Part shown: in pieces, positions 26,974 to 35,940 of the stretch | Numbering within the stretch: position 1 is the first letter of the stretch | How the letters are laid out: each line of letters begins with the position of its first letter | Virus record (IMG/VR): IMGVR_UViG_3300011434_000017 | Location: 1-36,052 of that record | Strand: one strand, 5' to 3' | Origin: a virus | Lineage: Duplodnaviria; Caudoviricetes | DNA: 36,052 nucleotides | Position numbers and translations under genes: made by a program | Notes under the pieces: generated by a model | Told to the model about the DNA's origin: nothing | The model's database searches: none | Seen by the model: only the letters and a program-made list of their open reading frames with translations

Positions 26974-28873
26974 AGAGGCTCCTATCTATTTGCGCTGTTT
27001 TCCCTTTTGTTTCGCCCCAAGACTTTTCGCCATAAGAAAAGCTGGTGTACATTGGTACTCTAAAAGCAACACTAGGAGACTCTAGCACGCTACTAATATA
27101 ACTTAGTATGCGAGGGTCTTTTAGTGTTTCTTTTTCGCCATGAAATACAATATCATCGTGCACTAGTGCTTTTATAGAGATGCCTAAGTCTCTGATTGTT
27201 TTATTATATCTAGGGGCAATAGCTACTACGCGCTCTTTTAACATATCTGCTGCGCCGCTTTGGCAATATCCGTTAAAAGCTTTCCAAGCTGCGCGACCTT
27301 TTAAGTGTCGTCTGCGTTTATACGGATTACGTATATAGCCGCGTGCTAAGCAAGTGGCCCCCATTGCTTTCATTGTAGGCTTAAGTTCTGGTAGTGCTGC
27401 GTGGTAATCTTTATATACCATTTCAGCGCGAGCGGTGCATAGATTACTAAATGCGGCTAATCTATGCTTTTCTTCCAATTCACCACTTTGTATCATTGTG
27501 TCAACGCGCTTTACCATTTCAGCTATAATTGTTTTATTGGCTCGCAGCATATTAATAAGTCGCTTCATACCTGCTCCGAAACCAATACCGAAGTTTGTTG
27601 TCTTAGCTGCTTCACGTTCTACTTTAGCAGACTCAGCTACCCAATTATGAAAGTCCATGCTGGGATTATTAATATAAGATGAAATTGCAAACTCGTTCTT
27701 AATTGCGTGCATCATTATTCTGAATTCAATCTGTGAATAATCAGCCGCTAGAAAAGCACATGTATCCCCATCTGGATGTATTAAGTCTTTGCTCTTTTTA
27801 TTCTGCTGCTGCATATTTGGTTCGCGGCAAGACATGCGACCAGTGCGAACTGCTTGATTATAATTGCAGCGTACAATACCATTAACTTGATATTCTAGTA
27901 GTGCATCCACAAAAGAATTTACAAATTTATAAAGCTTCTTATAATCTCCTATAATAGTTAGCAACTCTGTTAATGACCTATTATGTACTACAATAGGATG
28001 CGCTTTATATAGCTTCATAGTAGCAGCATCAAAGCTAGGAGCGCCTTTTTTGGTTTCTTTAAGTATTGGCAATTTATAGTGATTGCAAAATAGATCAAAA
28101 CATTGCGGCGCTGAGTTAGGATTAAAAGTTGGTGAAGCTAACTGAGCTATTTTAGTTTCCCATATATTAAGTTGATTAAGCGCTAACAGCTTGGCTATTT
28201 TAAGTTCTTGTACATCAACTTTTAAGCCGCTGCGCTCTATGTCAAACAACACTGGTGTTATTGCTTGTTCTGTTCTAGCTACGCCGTTAACTTCTTCTGG
28301 TATGGCATATTTAATATAAGCGTGTAACTTTTTATTTGTAATAATGTCTTGACAAGCGTATTCGGCAATAGTTACTAGTGGGGCATCGCCGTAATCTTTG
28401 CTGCCGTTTAAGCTACTTTGTAAAGCTAAGTCGTATTTACTTATATCTTCGTTGAGCCATTCTTTTGAAAGCACATCTAAGCTATATTTGAATCTATCAG
28501 AATCTATTAGCTTAGCGAGCGTTAATGTGCAAATTAAAGCTAGGTGTTCAAAAGTTAACCCTTCGCAATGCGCACAGTGTGCATCAAATTTAACGCCGTG
28601 GTTAATCCAAGCTATTGCGCTATTAAAAACATCTTGCAACCACTTAAAGCCGCCAGTGACTAGTAATTCTCTAGGAATATACCAAGTACGTGTTGTATCT
28701 TTTATACTTATTGCAGCGCCGAGTATTTTGTGCCCTTTATATGGCTGCAATGCTTTTACTGCTCTATCTCCACTAGTGGTTTCAAAGTCAAGGTAAATTT
28801 CCTCTGTGCCAATTATATTAGGCAACTCGACTAGAGATTCTACTAGAATTCCGCCGTTTGAGAATTCAATCAT
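26948..28873 (-). CDS. polA: DNA polymerase family A with 3'-5' exonuclease (no 5'-3' exo)
   Basis: Exo I LDFETT, Exo II H..KFD, Exo III YACQD; RTGRMSC.EPNMQ, motif A ADYSQIEFR, motif B AKTTNFGIGFG, motif C VHDD; ATG 28873 coupled to upstream ORF. Confidence 0.95.
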   Translation of the reverse strand: MIEFSNGGILVESLVELPNIIGTEEIYLDFETTSGDRAVKALQPYKGHKILGAAISIKDTTRTWYIPRELLVTGGFKWLQDVFNSAIAWINHGVKFDAHCAHCEGLTFEHLALICTLTLAKLIDSDRFKYSLDVLSKEWLNEDISKYDLALQSSLNGSKDYGDAPLVTIAEYACQDIITNKKLHAYIKYAIPEEVNGVARTEQAITPVLFDIERSGLKVDVQELKIAKLLALNQLNIWETKIAQLASPTFNPNSAPQCFDLFCNHYKLPILKETKKGAPSFDAATMKLYKAHPIVVHNRSLTELLTIIGDYKKLYKFVNSFVDALLEYQVNGIVRCNYNQAVRTGRMSCREPNMQQQNKKSKDLIHPDGDTCAFLAADYSQIEFRIMMHAIKNEFAISSYINNPSMDFHNWVAESAKVEREAAKTTNFGIGFGAGMKRLINMLRANKTIIAEMVKRVDTMIQSGELEEKHRLAAFSNLCTARAEMVYKDYHAALPELKPTMKAMGATCLARGYIRNPYKRRRHLKGRAAWKAFNGYCQSGAADMLKERVVAIAPRYNKTIRDLGISIKALVHDDIVFHGEKETLKDPRILSYISSVLESPSVAFRVPMYTSFSYGEKSWGETKGKTAQIDRSLYESISRDT

Positions 28874-29004
28874 GACCCACACAACTTATCTACAAAGTCA
28901 GTAATTAAGCTTAATACATGCACAGTTTTTTCTTCTGATAGCGCATATTTACCACTAACCCAACGACTAAGTTTTATTGGTTGCACATCTATATTGTGCG
29001 CCAT
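28870..29004 (-). CDS. small HTH-like ORF or gene remnant (44 aa, not in ORF track)
   Basis: MAHNIDVQPIKLSRWVSGKYALSEEK...; ATGA overlap with polA start. Confidence 0.45.
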   Translation of the reverse strand: MAHNIDVQPIKLSRWVSGKYALSEEKTVHVLSLITDFVDKLCGS

Positions 29005-29273
29005 TTTGCGAATACCATAAGTCTTAGTCGCTCGATTTCTGCTTGTAAGCGCTCAATTTCAGCTTGCGACGACACATAGATTATATCTGGGTTGTGCCTA
29101 TACGCAATAAAGCGTTTACAATTTTCTAGCTCTACTGTACTATCTCGCACTGGTGGTGTATAGCCTTCTGGTAGTGCACTATAAAGCTTTTCATCATCTA
29201 ACCAACAACGATTATCGCCTTGTTGGTCGCGGTGTTCGCGGATTGCTGCTAATAGCTTCTGTTCTAGGTTCAT
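28989..29273 (-). CDS. hypothetical protein
   Basis: AIR.HRDQ.GD.RCWLDD..LY..LPEG motif; QAEIERL duplicated. Confidence 0.75.
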   Translation of the reverse strand: MNLEQKLLAAIREHRDQQGDNRCWLDDEKLYSALPEGYTPPVRDSTVELENCKRFIAYRHNPDIIYVSSQAEIERLQAEIERLRLMVFAKWRTI

Positions 29274-29488
29274 AGATTCAACCCTAATACTTCCATTGCT
29301 TTCTTTCTAACGTCATACACCGGGTCATAAACACTTATATATCTTATAGCTAGTTTTGCCCCGATAGATAAGTTATGCCCATTAAGTTTCTCTAGCTCAT
29401 CTAAACGCATTGTATGTTGGCTAGAGAATAAACCAAGTAAATCTGCGTTAGTTAAGTTAACTGAGTTTTTGTCGTTTTGCATACTCAT
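29270..29488 (-). CDS. hypothetical protein
   Basis: 72 aa; ATGA coupling downstream. Confidence 0.65.
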   Translation of the reverse strand: MSMQNDKNSVNLTNADLLGLFSSQHTMRLDELEKLNGHNLSIGAKLAIRYISVYDPVYDVRKKAMEVLGLNL

Positions 29489-29984
29489 GTATTACCTTTT
29501 CTAGTTCAAATTCGCCCGGCCAATTGCAGTCAGCGCCACTAAATAGTTTTAGGTCGTGTGGCAATTTAGTTGCGTGATACGACGCATTGACAGTTAGAAC
29601 ATCGGGTAAGCTTAATAGTTCTTCCGCGTGTGCACCATAGCGGTGTTCTACTAGAGTATCACTAGGACATAATACGACTGTGAGAGCGCCTACTTTGGCC
29701 AAAGCTTTTTCTACATTGGCATATTGATGCTCTAAGTGTTCTGGTTGCTTGTTATTAGGCACCATATTGCGGTAAATGCTATATGACATATGAAAACGGT
29801 CTTGCACTATTTCGTTGTATATGCGCTTTGCATAAGTCCAATATTGTGACCATGCCGCAGTTGGGCGTGTTAAACTAGCATACGAATAGAATCGTACTCG
29901 TCCAAAGCGCTTATTAAGCTCTTTGATAAGCCTATGCGCAAAAGTTGTTTTACCCGCTAAATCACAGCCTTCTAGTATTAACAT
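29457..29984 (-). CDS. thymidylate/dNMP kinase-like P-loop protein
   Basis: ILEGCDLAGKTT P-loop and DRF motif. Confidence 0.8.
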   Translation of the reverse strand: MLILEGCDLAGKTTFAHRLIKELNKRFGRVRFYSYASLTRPTAAWSQYWTYAKRIYNEIVQDRFHMSYSIYRNMVPNNKQPEHLEHQYANVEKALAKVGALTVVLCPSDTLVEHRYGAHAEELLSLPDVLTVNASYHATKLPHDLKLFSGADCNWPGEFELEKVIHEYAKRQKLS

Positions 29985-30487
29985 TATACCACACCCCCGT
30001 CTGTCTTATGCTTTGCCCAATTGCGCTTTTGTACTTGCGTGAATGTTTCAAATAACACACTAAACAAATCTAAGCTGCGCACCATTGCAAAAGTATTTAG
30101 CCCGCGAATAAGTGCTGCATAGGTAAGTTCTACTTCAGCTTTGGTAATTTGTCGTATGCCTTGTTCGTATTTCAAATGACAATGTGCTAACTTACCTATT
30201 AGTATGGTTAAATCTTTAAAACGAGTAAGCGGCCCCAATTCGATTGCTGCGTGTAAATTAAACTCCATTATAGTTGCATAATGATGTGCGTAAACTAGCG
30301 TATCTCCGATGGAGTCTTTTATTAATGCATCATTATTTTCTATGTGCGCATCACGTAACTCACCAATTTCTTCTACTATACCTAGCAATGGTCTATAACT
30401 TGGCGTATTTGGAAAGTTAGCTTCCACCCAAGTTTGGTATGCACTAGAAAATTCTTCCCAAGTTGTGATAGCTTTTGGCTCAGCCAT
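29984..30487 (-). CDS. MazG-like nucleotide pyrophosphohydrolase (internally duplicated)
   Basis: W...NFP, LLGIVEEIGEL, DSIGD, terminal V.KRNW. Confidence 0.8.
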   Translation of the reverse strand: MAEPKAITTWEEFSSAYQTWVEANFPNTPSYRPLLGIVEEIGELRDAHIENNDALIKDSIGDTLVYAHHYATIMEFNLHAAIELGPLTRFKDLTILIGKLAHCHLKYEQGIRQITKAEVELTYAALIRGLNTFAMVRSLDLFSVLFETFTQVQKRNWAKHKTDGGVV

Positions 30488-30821
30488 TGGTTTGCTCCTG
30501 TAAGAGTTTCTGTAAAGCTAATAACTTTTCTACTTTGACTTGTTGTTGCTGTGCAATTATGCGCCGCTCCATGTCTAAGCACATTGGGTTAGTATGCGCA
30601 TAACTACAAAACGTACAAAGTAAGCTGCTTATTACTGGGTCTTTACGCAGAAAATCTACTTGTTCCCATGCCGGTCTTTGTATTGCGTCAACTAGTAAAT
30701 CTAAGATAAGTTCATAGAGTTCTGTTGTTGGCGCCAATAAGCGCTGTACTAACACGGCGCGCAGCGCTGCTGTGTTGTCTTTGTCTTGGCTCTTGTATTC
30801 TTCTGTTAATCTATATAGCAT
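30480..30821 (-). CDS. hypothetical protein
   Basis: 113 aa ORF overlapping both neighbours in the operon. Confidence 0.65.
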   Translation of the reverse strand: MLYRLTEEYKSQDKDNTAALRAVLVQRLLAPTTELYELILDLLVDAIQRPAWEQVDFLRKDPVISSLLCTFCSYAHTNPMCLDMERRIIAQQQQVKVEKLLALQKLLQEQTNG

Positions 30822-31107
30822 CTAGTATTTCGCGTTCTAATCTTATCAAGCGAGCGACGCATTCTTCTTTTGTATTATGGTCGCTGAATATACTTATCAA
30901 ACCCCAGCGTTCATGGAAAGCTATAAATAATTCTTTTCCCTGTTGTGGTGTTATCGCGCCATCAAAGACCGCTCTATAAATTGCGCCGCTTATATCCCAT
31001 TCTATTGCACGTTTGCTACTAGCAAGTACCGCGACACCGCTACTACTCCTAGCTTGTACTTTGCGACACATTCCTAAACTAAGTCTTTCGCTAGGTCGTA
31101 GTATCAT
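30811..31107 (-). CDS. hypothetical protein (possible divergent paralog of the upstream DUF6197-like gene)
   Basis: LRPSERL..G.C....AR...A..WDI.GAI...SD..TKEE pattern; ATG 31107 with GGAGG SD upstream. Confidence 0.6.
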   Translation of the reverse strand: MILRPSERLSLGMCRKVQARSSSGVAVLASSKRAIEWDISGAIYRAVFDGAITPQQGKELFIAFHERWGLISIFSDHNTKEECVARLIRLEREILDAI

Positions 31108-31567
31108 ATACCATTGCCTCCGCTTTAAGCATAATATCAACTGCTTGTTGTTGTGTTTCTAGAAAATAATCATTATAAGCCCTAGTACCATGTAACACAG
31201 TGCTGCTAACGCTTTGCTTAATACAATCACAAAGCGCTTTTGTAAGCTTATCCCTTAAGCGCCCATCGTTACAAGCTATTGCCCAAATAGCGCCGTCTAG
31301 AGAATAACTACCTGCAAGCGCATGATTAGCTGGGCACGCTCTAAGTGGCCCGCTAGAATATCTAGCGCCAACTACTTTAATCCAACCACGTTTTAACAAA
31401 TCGCTAGGCCGCAATCCAGTTGGGTCTAATATAGGATATGGCTTTGTTAAGCAATGTGGACATTCCATCTGCTGCAAACTATGAACACAGCAAAGCGAAG
31501 AAAATTCTTTTAGGCAATACGTACATTGCCGAAAGTAGTAACCGTCAGCCATTAAGCAAGGGCACAT
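31091..31567 (-). CDS. Zn-ribbon + DUF6197-like protein
   Basis: CxxC..CxxC N-terminus; LRPSDLL..GW....AR...SL.GAI...YND...TQ. Confidence 0.6.
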   Translation of the reverse strand: MCPCLMADGYYFRQCTYCLKEFSSLCCVHSLQQMECPHCLTKPYPILDPTGLRPSDLLKRGWIKVVGARYSSGPLRACPANHALAGSYSLDGAIWAIACNDGRLRDKLTKALCDCIKQSVSSTVLHGTRAYNDYFLETQQQAVDIMLKAEAMVYDTTT

Positions 31568-31568
31568 A

Positions 31569-31841
31569 TTAATTCGCCTCCGGCCATACGTCGCGCTTGT
31601 GCCTCAACAACATTTGCACAACTCGGTCTAATTCCATTGGAGATTTTATTCGTATTACTATGTCCATAGACGGCAATTCTCTGTATAATTTGGCTTTCAC
31701 AGAAATACAAACTGCTGTAGGTTTGCCGCGGCCGTCTGGTGTTGGGCACCAACTGCCTACAGAAAAACTTTCAATTGGTGGCCCAAATATTTCGCCACTT
31801 GGGCCTTCGGGCGGCGGAAGTTTATATGGGCGCTTACTCAT
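31569..31841 (-). CDS. hypothetical protein
   Basis: 90 aa; WCP..DG.G.PT.V...L..H..DVWP. Confidence 0.7.
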   Translation of the reverse strand: MSKRPYKLPPPEGPSGEIFGPPIESFSVGSWCPTPDGRGKPTAVCISVKAKLYRELPSMDIVIRIKSPMELDRVVQMLLRHKRDVWPEAN

Positions 31842-31959
31842 TAGAATTCTTTCTTACCATAGTCTCATAAAGTTTATCTAATTGTCGCTGAATAGGGCCA
31901 AGTTTGAAACTAAAATAGACAGCTAAAATAAGCATGATTAGTACTTCGTCTTGTTCCAT
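31834..31959 (-). CDS. small membrane protein (41 aa, not in ORF track)
   Basis: AGAGGA SD; MEQDEVLIMLILAVYFSFKLGPIQRQLDKLYETMVRKNSNE. Confidence 0.5.
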   Translation of the reverse strand: MEQDEVLIMLILAVYFSFKLGPIQRQLDKLYETMVRKNSNE

Positions 31960-31990
31960 GTTAATCCTCTTTGCATTATGACTAAGCGCG

Positions 31991-34810
31991 TCAAAATTCC
32001 TCAATATGACTTGGCCTAGCGTTTGCTAATTGCTCTGAAAGGCTAAGCTCTTTCAGTAAGCTAATAAACTCGCCAGACTTGCGATAGCCGCGCGCGTTCA
32101 CTTCTTTATTTATTGCGTGCTTTACAACTAGATAAGAGCATAACGCCGCAGCTTCATCTTGGTTGCCGATCCAATCGCGTATATCAAACAGAGTAAATTC
32201 ACTTGTGTTAAGTAAACGGGTGACAAATTCTTTTGGGTGCGAAGTATTACACAAGCGAGCTTTTATTTTCTCAGGGTCTTTTAGTTCGCTGTGCGCTTTA
32301 ATAGCCTGTGTGAAATCTAAGTAACCGAACAAGTTAGACCCGTATATGTTAACTATTAAATTATAAATGTATTCTACATGCTCTTTGCGAACAATAACGC
32401 TTTGCATATCTGGCGTGCATGAGAATAATCTACACGCTAACGCGGTCGCTAGGCGGGCTAGCTTATACCTCATGCTGCCTTTATCTACTAGCGGTAATTC
32501 TTCTGAGAATTGTTCGCATAGCCTAACTGCACAGTTATTAATAATTTTTATATCTTCAAAGATAACTTGTTCCGGTAGCCGTGTCCATGCCCAAAGTACT
32601 AGCCTATGGCACAAGTCTGAGCGGTGCTTATGCTCTACTAGAGGCTTATTGCTAATAATCGCATTAAGTTCACCGACGTTTATTTGTTGGCTAGATACTA
32701 GCAGCGAGAAATCAAATCTACGAATATCTTCTAGCGAGCCTATTAGCTCTTTGATTGCTTCGATGCCAAACGTGTAATCGCTTAATGGTGCTTCGCGGCG
32801 GGGATTGCTTAGCGCAATTAAGCGAGTACGCGCATTAGTGCGCCGCTTTTCTATCTTAGGTATTTCAGCTATTCCGCTAGATCGCATATCAGTAAGTTTG
32901 CTGATAATTTCAACGCTAGCGCCTTTAAGTTCCTCTAGAATAACTAAGCGCCTATCATGTGTCGGTATTACACCCCAAGATATTAACCATTTAGTGCCGC
33001 TATGTATGCAGCCTCCTAGTAGGCCCGCTACAGTCGCGTTTTTGCACTCTACCCGCTCGCCTAGGCCGTAGTGTTCTTGCAGCCTAGTAGTTGTTTCGCT
33101 TTTCCCCTGTGAGGAATCACCTAAAACTAATACCTCTAGCCAACCTTTTATTAGTTTATCATCAAAGTTTATATTCAGCACACTATGATAAGCTAGGTCA
33201 ACTATTAAGTGCAGATGCCGTCGTAGGTATATGTGTGTGACGTTGCTTTCTAAATCTAAGTATAACTCTGTTAGTTTAGCTTCTATCCCAACCACACTAG
33301 ATGCGGCTGGTTGAAATACTTTAAGCTCTTCTAGTTCTTCTAGTGTCGGTGCAAAACTACTCAATGTATCTTGTCGTTCTTCGGTTTCTTTTACTAGAAA
33401 GACGCTCTGTTGGTTTTTAGGGTGTGGGTAACTTCGCCCTATTAGCCGATAAGTTTCATTTAAGCTAACACCCTTGTTAACTATAAATGCTGGTAGCATA
33501 GTAAAGTTATTTTCGTTCATATCTAAACTAGGTGTTAGCCTAACTTCGTCAACTTTATACCAACTTAAAGGTTTGAATTTTACACTTTTACAATTAGGCA
33601 TCTTAAGTGCACTTAGTGTAGCTGGTCGCATTTTATGTTGTGCGGCGCCTACCATAGATAAAATAGCTGGCGAATCTTCTGGCACGCACATTATAACGCT
33701 TTCAGCTACAGGCTTGCGAAAGATAGGGCAAGCAAAACAATATGGCGCGTTGCGTTTGCAAGTGCATAAAACATCTTTTGGTACTGCATATGCTGTATCA
33801 ACTTGTGCCGTAATAACTGCGTCCGTTTGCACTAACTTAGCCACATTAGAAGTTAACTGTGTTAGTGGAATTACTAGTGGTTCACTAGGCGTATCAATTC
33901 CATCAACGCTACCTATTGGCTCCCATTTAGGCGCGCTGTTAATTAACTCTATGAAGTCACTGGGTTTGTTTCCGAGTGCCCAGTAGTTGCTAATGTCCCC
34001 TGTAGGGTAATCTTTCTGTGATAGGGGTAGTCTGATATATTTGCATATACTTGCAACTCCCATGAGTCTAGCGGAAAGACTATTTGTGGCTTCGATCCCG
34101 GCTCCGTCAATGTCAAAACACACAAACACTTCTTTCCCTGCAAGTGCTTGATTAAACTCATCTGCCCAGCTTCCTTCGCCCGCTGTAGTGCTAATAGCGC
34201 CATACCCACTAGCATTTAATCTCTCCGCTGTTGCAATTGCCTTTATTTCGCCACCACAAATTATTATTTTATCAAAGCTAAGTTGCTCTATGGGATATAG
34301 GCGGTTTTGCCCTTTACCTTTAAGGTTCTGAAACTTGTTTCGAATTGCGCCGGGAAGATACTTACGAATATTAACACATGACCCATGCGCGTCATAAATT
34401 GGTATCGCAATGCGATTGTTAAGTGCGCCCAACCGATACTTACGTATATGCTCATCAGTTAATCCTCTTGCATACAACTCTTTAAGTAAATGTGCCGCTT
34501 TCTGTAAATCAGCTTCATAAGTTTGTATGGCTAAATTAGGTATTCCGCTAGTTAAGCCATATTCGCGTGATAGTTGTTCAGCTACTAATATACGCGGTTG
34601 CTCAGCAGCGCGAGCAATAAAGCTTATTATGTCGCCGCCAACTTTACATGCATGGCAGTTAAATAATCTAGTAACTAAGTTAATCGAACAAGATGGATTA
34701 TTATCCGGATGATGATACGGGCATCTTACTAGAACCTCATCTGCGCCTGCTGACTGCGCAGTTATTTTTAGCTTTTCTAGCTCCGCTAGAACATTTATCT
34801 TGTCAAGCAT
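31991..34810 (-). CDS. DnaG-type primase (CHC2 Zn finger + TOPRIM) fused to an MCM-like AAA+ helicase
   Basis: CPYH.D.NPS...FNCHAC; IAIPIYD, CFDIDGAG, GDISNY; CxC....CxxC; Walker A LGDSSQGKS, ATVAGL, Walker B VILEEL, SNP sensor I, RRFDF Arg finger; start ATG 34810 preferred. Confidence 0.85.
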   Translation of the reverse strand: MLDKINVLAELEKLKITAQSAGADEVLVRCPYHHPDNNPSCSINLVTRLFNCHACKVGGDIISFIARAAEQPRILVAEQLSREYGLTSGIPNLAIQTYEADLQKAAHLLKELYARGLTDEHIRKYRLGALNNRIAIPIYDAHGSCVNIRKYLPGAIRNKFQNLKGKGQNRLYPIEQLSFDKIIICGGEIKAIATAERLNASGYGAISTTAGEGSWADEFNQALAGKEVFVCFDIDGAGIEATNSLSARLMGVASICKYIRLPLSQKDYPTGDISNYWALGNKPSDFIELINSAPKWEPIGSVDGIDTPSEPLVIPLTQLTSNVAKLVQTDAVITAQVDTAYAVPKDVLCTCKRNAPYCFACPIFRKPVAESVIMCVPEDSPAILSMVGAAQHKMRPATLSALKMPNCKSVKFKPLSWYKVDEVRLTPSLDMNENNFTMLPAFIVNKGVSLNETYRLIGRSYPHPKNQQSVFLVKETEERQDTLSSFAPTLEELEELKVFQPAASSVVGIEAKLTELYLDLESNVTHIYLRRHLHLIVDLAYHSVLNINFDDKLIKGWLEVLVLGDSSQGKSETTTRLQEHYGLGERVECKNATVAGLLGGCIHSGTKWLISWGVIPTHDRRLVILEELKGASVEIISKLTDMRSSGIAEIPKIEKRRTNARTRLIALSNPRREAPLSDYTFGIEAIKELIGSLEDIRRFDFSLLVSSQQINVGELNAIISNKPLVEHKHRSDLCHRLVLWAWTRLPEQVIFEDIKIINNCAVRLCEQFSEELPLVDKGSMRYKLARLATALACRLFSCTPDMQSVIVRKEHVEYIYNLIVNIYGSNLFGYLDFTQAIKAHSELKDPEKIKARLCNTSHPKEFVTRLLNTSEFTLFDIRDWIGNQDEAAALCSYLVVKHAINKEVNARGYRKSGEFISLLKELSLSEQLANARPSHIEEF

Positions 34811-35010
34811 TTTTTCACATAGAACACTAAGTAAACGGGCCAGAAAGCACAAAATGCGAAACAAGATAATGCAAACACAGCCTGATTTGGTCTTTGACCT
34901 AAAGCATCTTCTATATTAGTGGTCATTTTGTGCCTAGGCCAATTTAAAGCAAAGAAAATTACTGTGCCTAAGAGCCAGATACAGCCTATAGCACTTATAA
35001 TATAAATCAT
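34795..35010 (-). CDS. small two-TM membrane protein
   Basis: CAGGAG SD; two hydrophobic helices, FWP motif. Confidence 0.7.
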   Translation of the reverse strand: MIYIISAIGCIWLLGTVIFFALNWPRHKMTTNIEDALGQRPNQAVFALSCFAFCAFWPVYLVFYVKKCLTR

Positions 35011-35087
35011 CTATTCGACTCCTGTTCAACACAAAAGCAACGGTGCAGGTGATCCCGTGCTGTGCGATTGCGGTTTGCGTCGGCATG

Positions 35088-35435
35088 TCAGTTCGCTTCA
35101 CCGTGGGTTACAGAACCGTGCCAATAACACCGACACGGGCTTGCTGGATGCTCTGCGTCGATCCGTGAAAGGTCGATCGAGGGCGTCAATGATAGCGTGT
35201 CGATTGTCTCGCCGGACACCGCCCATCGTGCAGGTCGTGGTCGTGCGCTCGCTGGAACCGCCGGGCCGCTAGGGTTTGAGAACCACACAAGCACTGAATG
35301 ATTCTGGCATTTCGGGCATACGAACAATAGGCCCTGCGATCCATCCTTGTTTGGAAGCTGACGATACGACTCAACATCGCGATCCCCGCACTTAAGATTG
35401 CCGACGAATGTCGCCCCTAAATCAGACAGCTTCAT
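35088..35435 (-). CDS. DUF6527-like protein
   Basis: GL.F.CP.C..H...RW...G...LSLTPSI...C.WHG.V..G. Confidence 0.7.
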   Translation of the reverse strand: MKLSDLGATFVGNLKCGDRDVESYRQLPNKDGSQGLLFVCPKCQNHSVLVWFSNPSGPAVPASARPRPARWAVSGETIDTLSLTPSIDLSRIDAEHPASPCRCYWHGSVTHGEAN

Positions 35436-35502
35436 ATCAGTGCCACTTCTCCGCCTTCAAATCGACCTGTCTTTCAGTAACGCCACGGAACATCGCATAT
35501 GC

Positions 35503-35940
35503 TCACCTTTCATAAATAGCAAACGACAAAGCTGATTCTAGCTTTTTAATTTGATTATATGCCATTGGTATTAACCAAGATAAGTTAGCTACGGCTACGC
35601 CGTCTTTAAAGTTAGCAACTAGTGTATAAATGTTAACTTGTTCATCTGTTGTGCTTTTACATTGATAGCACAAGTCAGATATAGCAAAATAGAAATGCAC
35701 TTTGTATTTTAGTTGCCTACCTTGTAAAATACAAAAGCAATTCCAATTATTTGCTCCAATAGTTACACCGGTTTCTTCTTTAAACTCGCGCCGCATTGCT
35801 TGTGCTGGTGTTTCACCGGGTTTAATTTCGCCGCCAATTGCATTAAGTTTGCCCGCTTGCCATTCTGGGCGTTTCTTTTCTATTAGTACAACTTTAGTTA
35901 AGTCTGGGTCAAAAAGAAAGCCAGCACAATAAGTTTTCAT
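35503..35940 (-). CDS. Nudix hydrolase (MutT-like)
   Basis: Nudix box GGEIKPGETPAQAMRREFKEETGV. Confidence 0.93.
   Translation of the reverse strand: MKTYCAGFLFDPDLTKVVLIEKKRPEWQAGKLNAIGGEIKPGETPAQAMRREFKEETGVTIGANNWNCFCILQGRQLKYKVHFYFAISDLCYQCKSTTDEQVNIYTLVANFKDGVAVANLSWLIPMAYNQIKKLESALSFAIYER

Noticed and set aside
26948-30487. Z-genome (2-aminoadenine) cluster
   Set aside because: PolA and a MazG-like gene are present, but there is no PurZ or HD-domain DatZ in the window; cannot be excluded outside it
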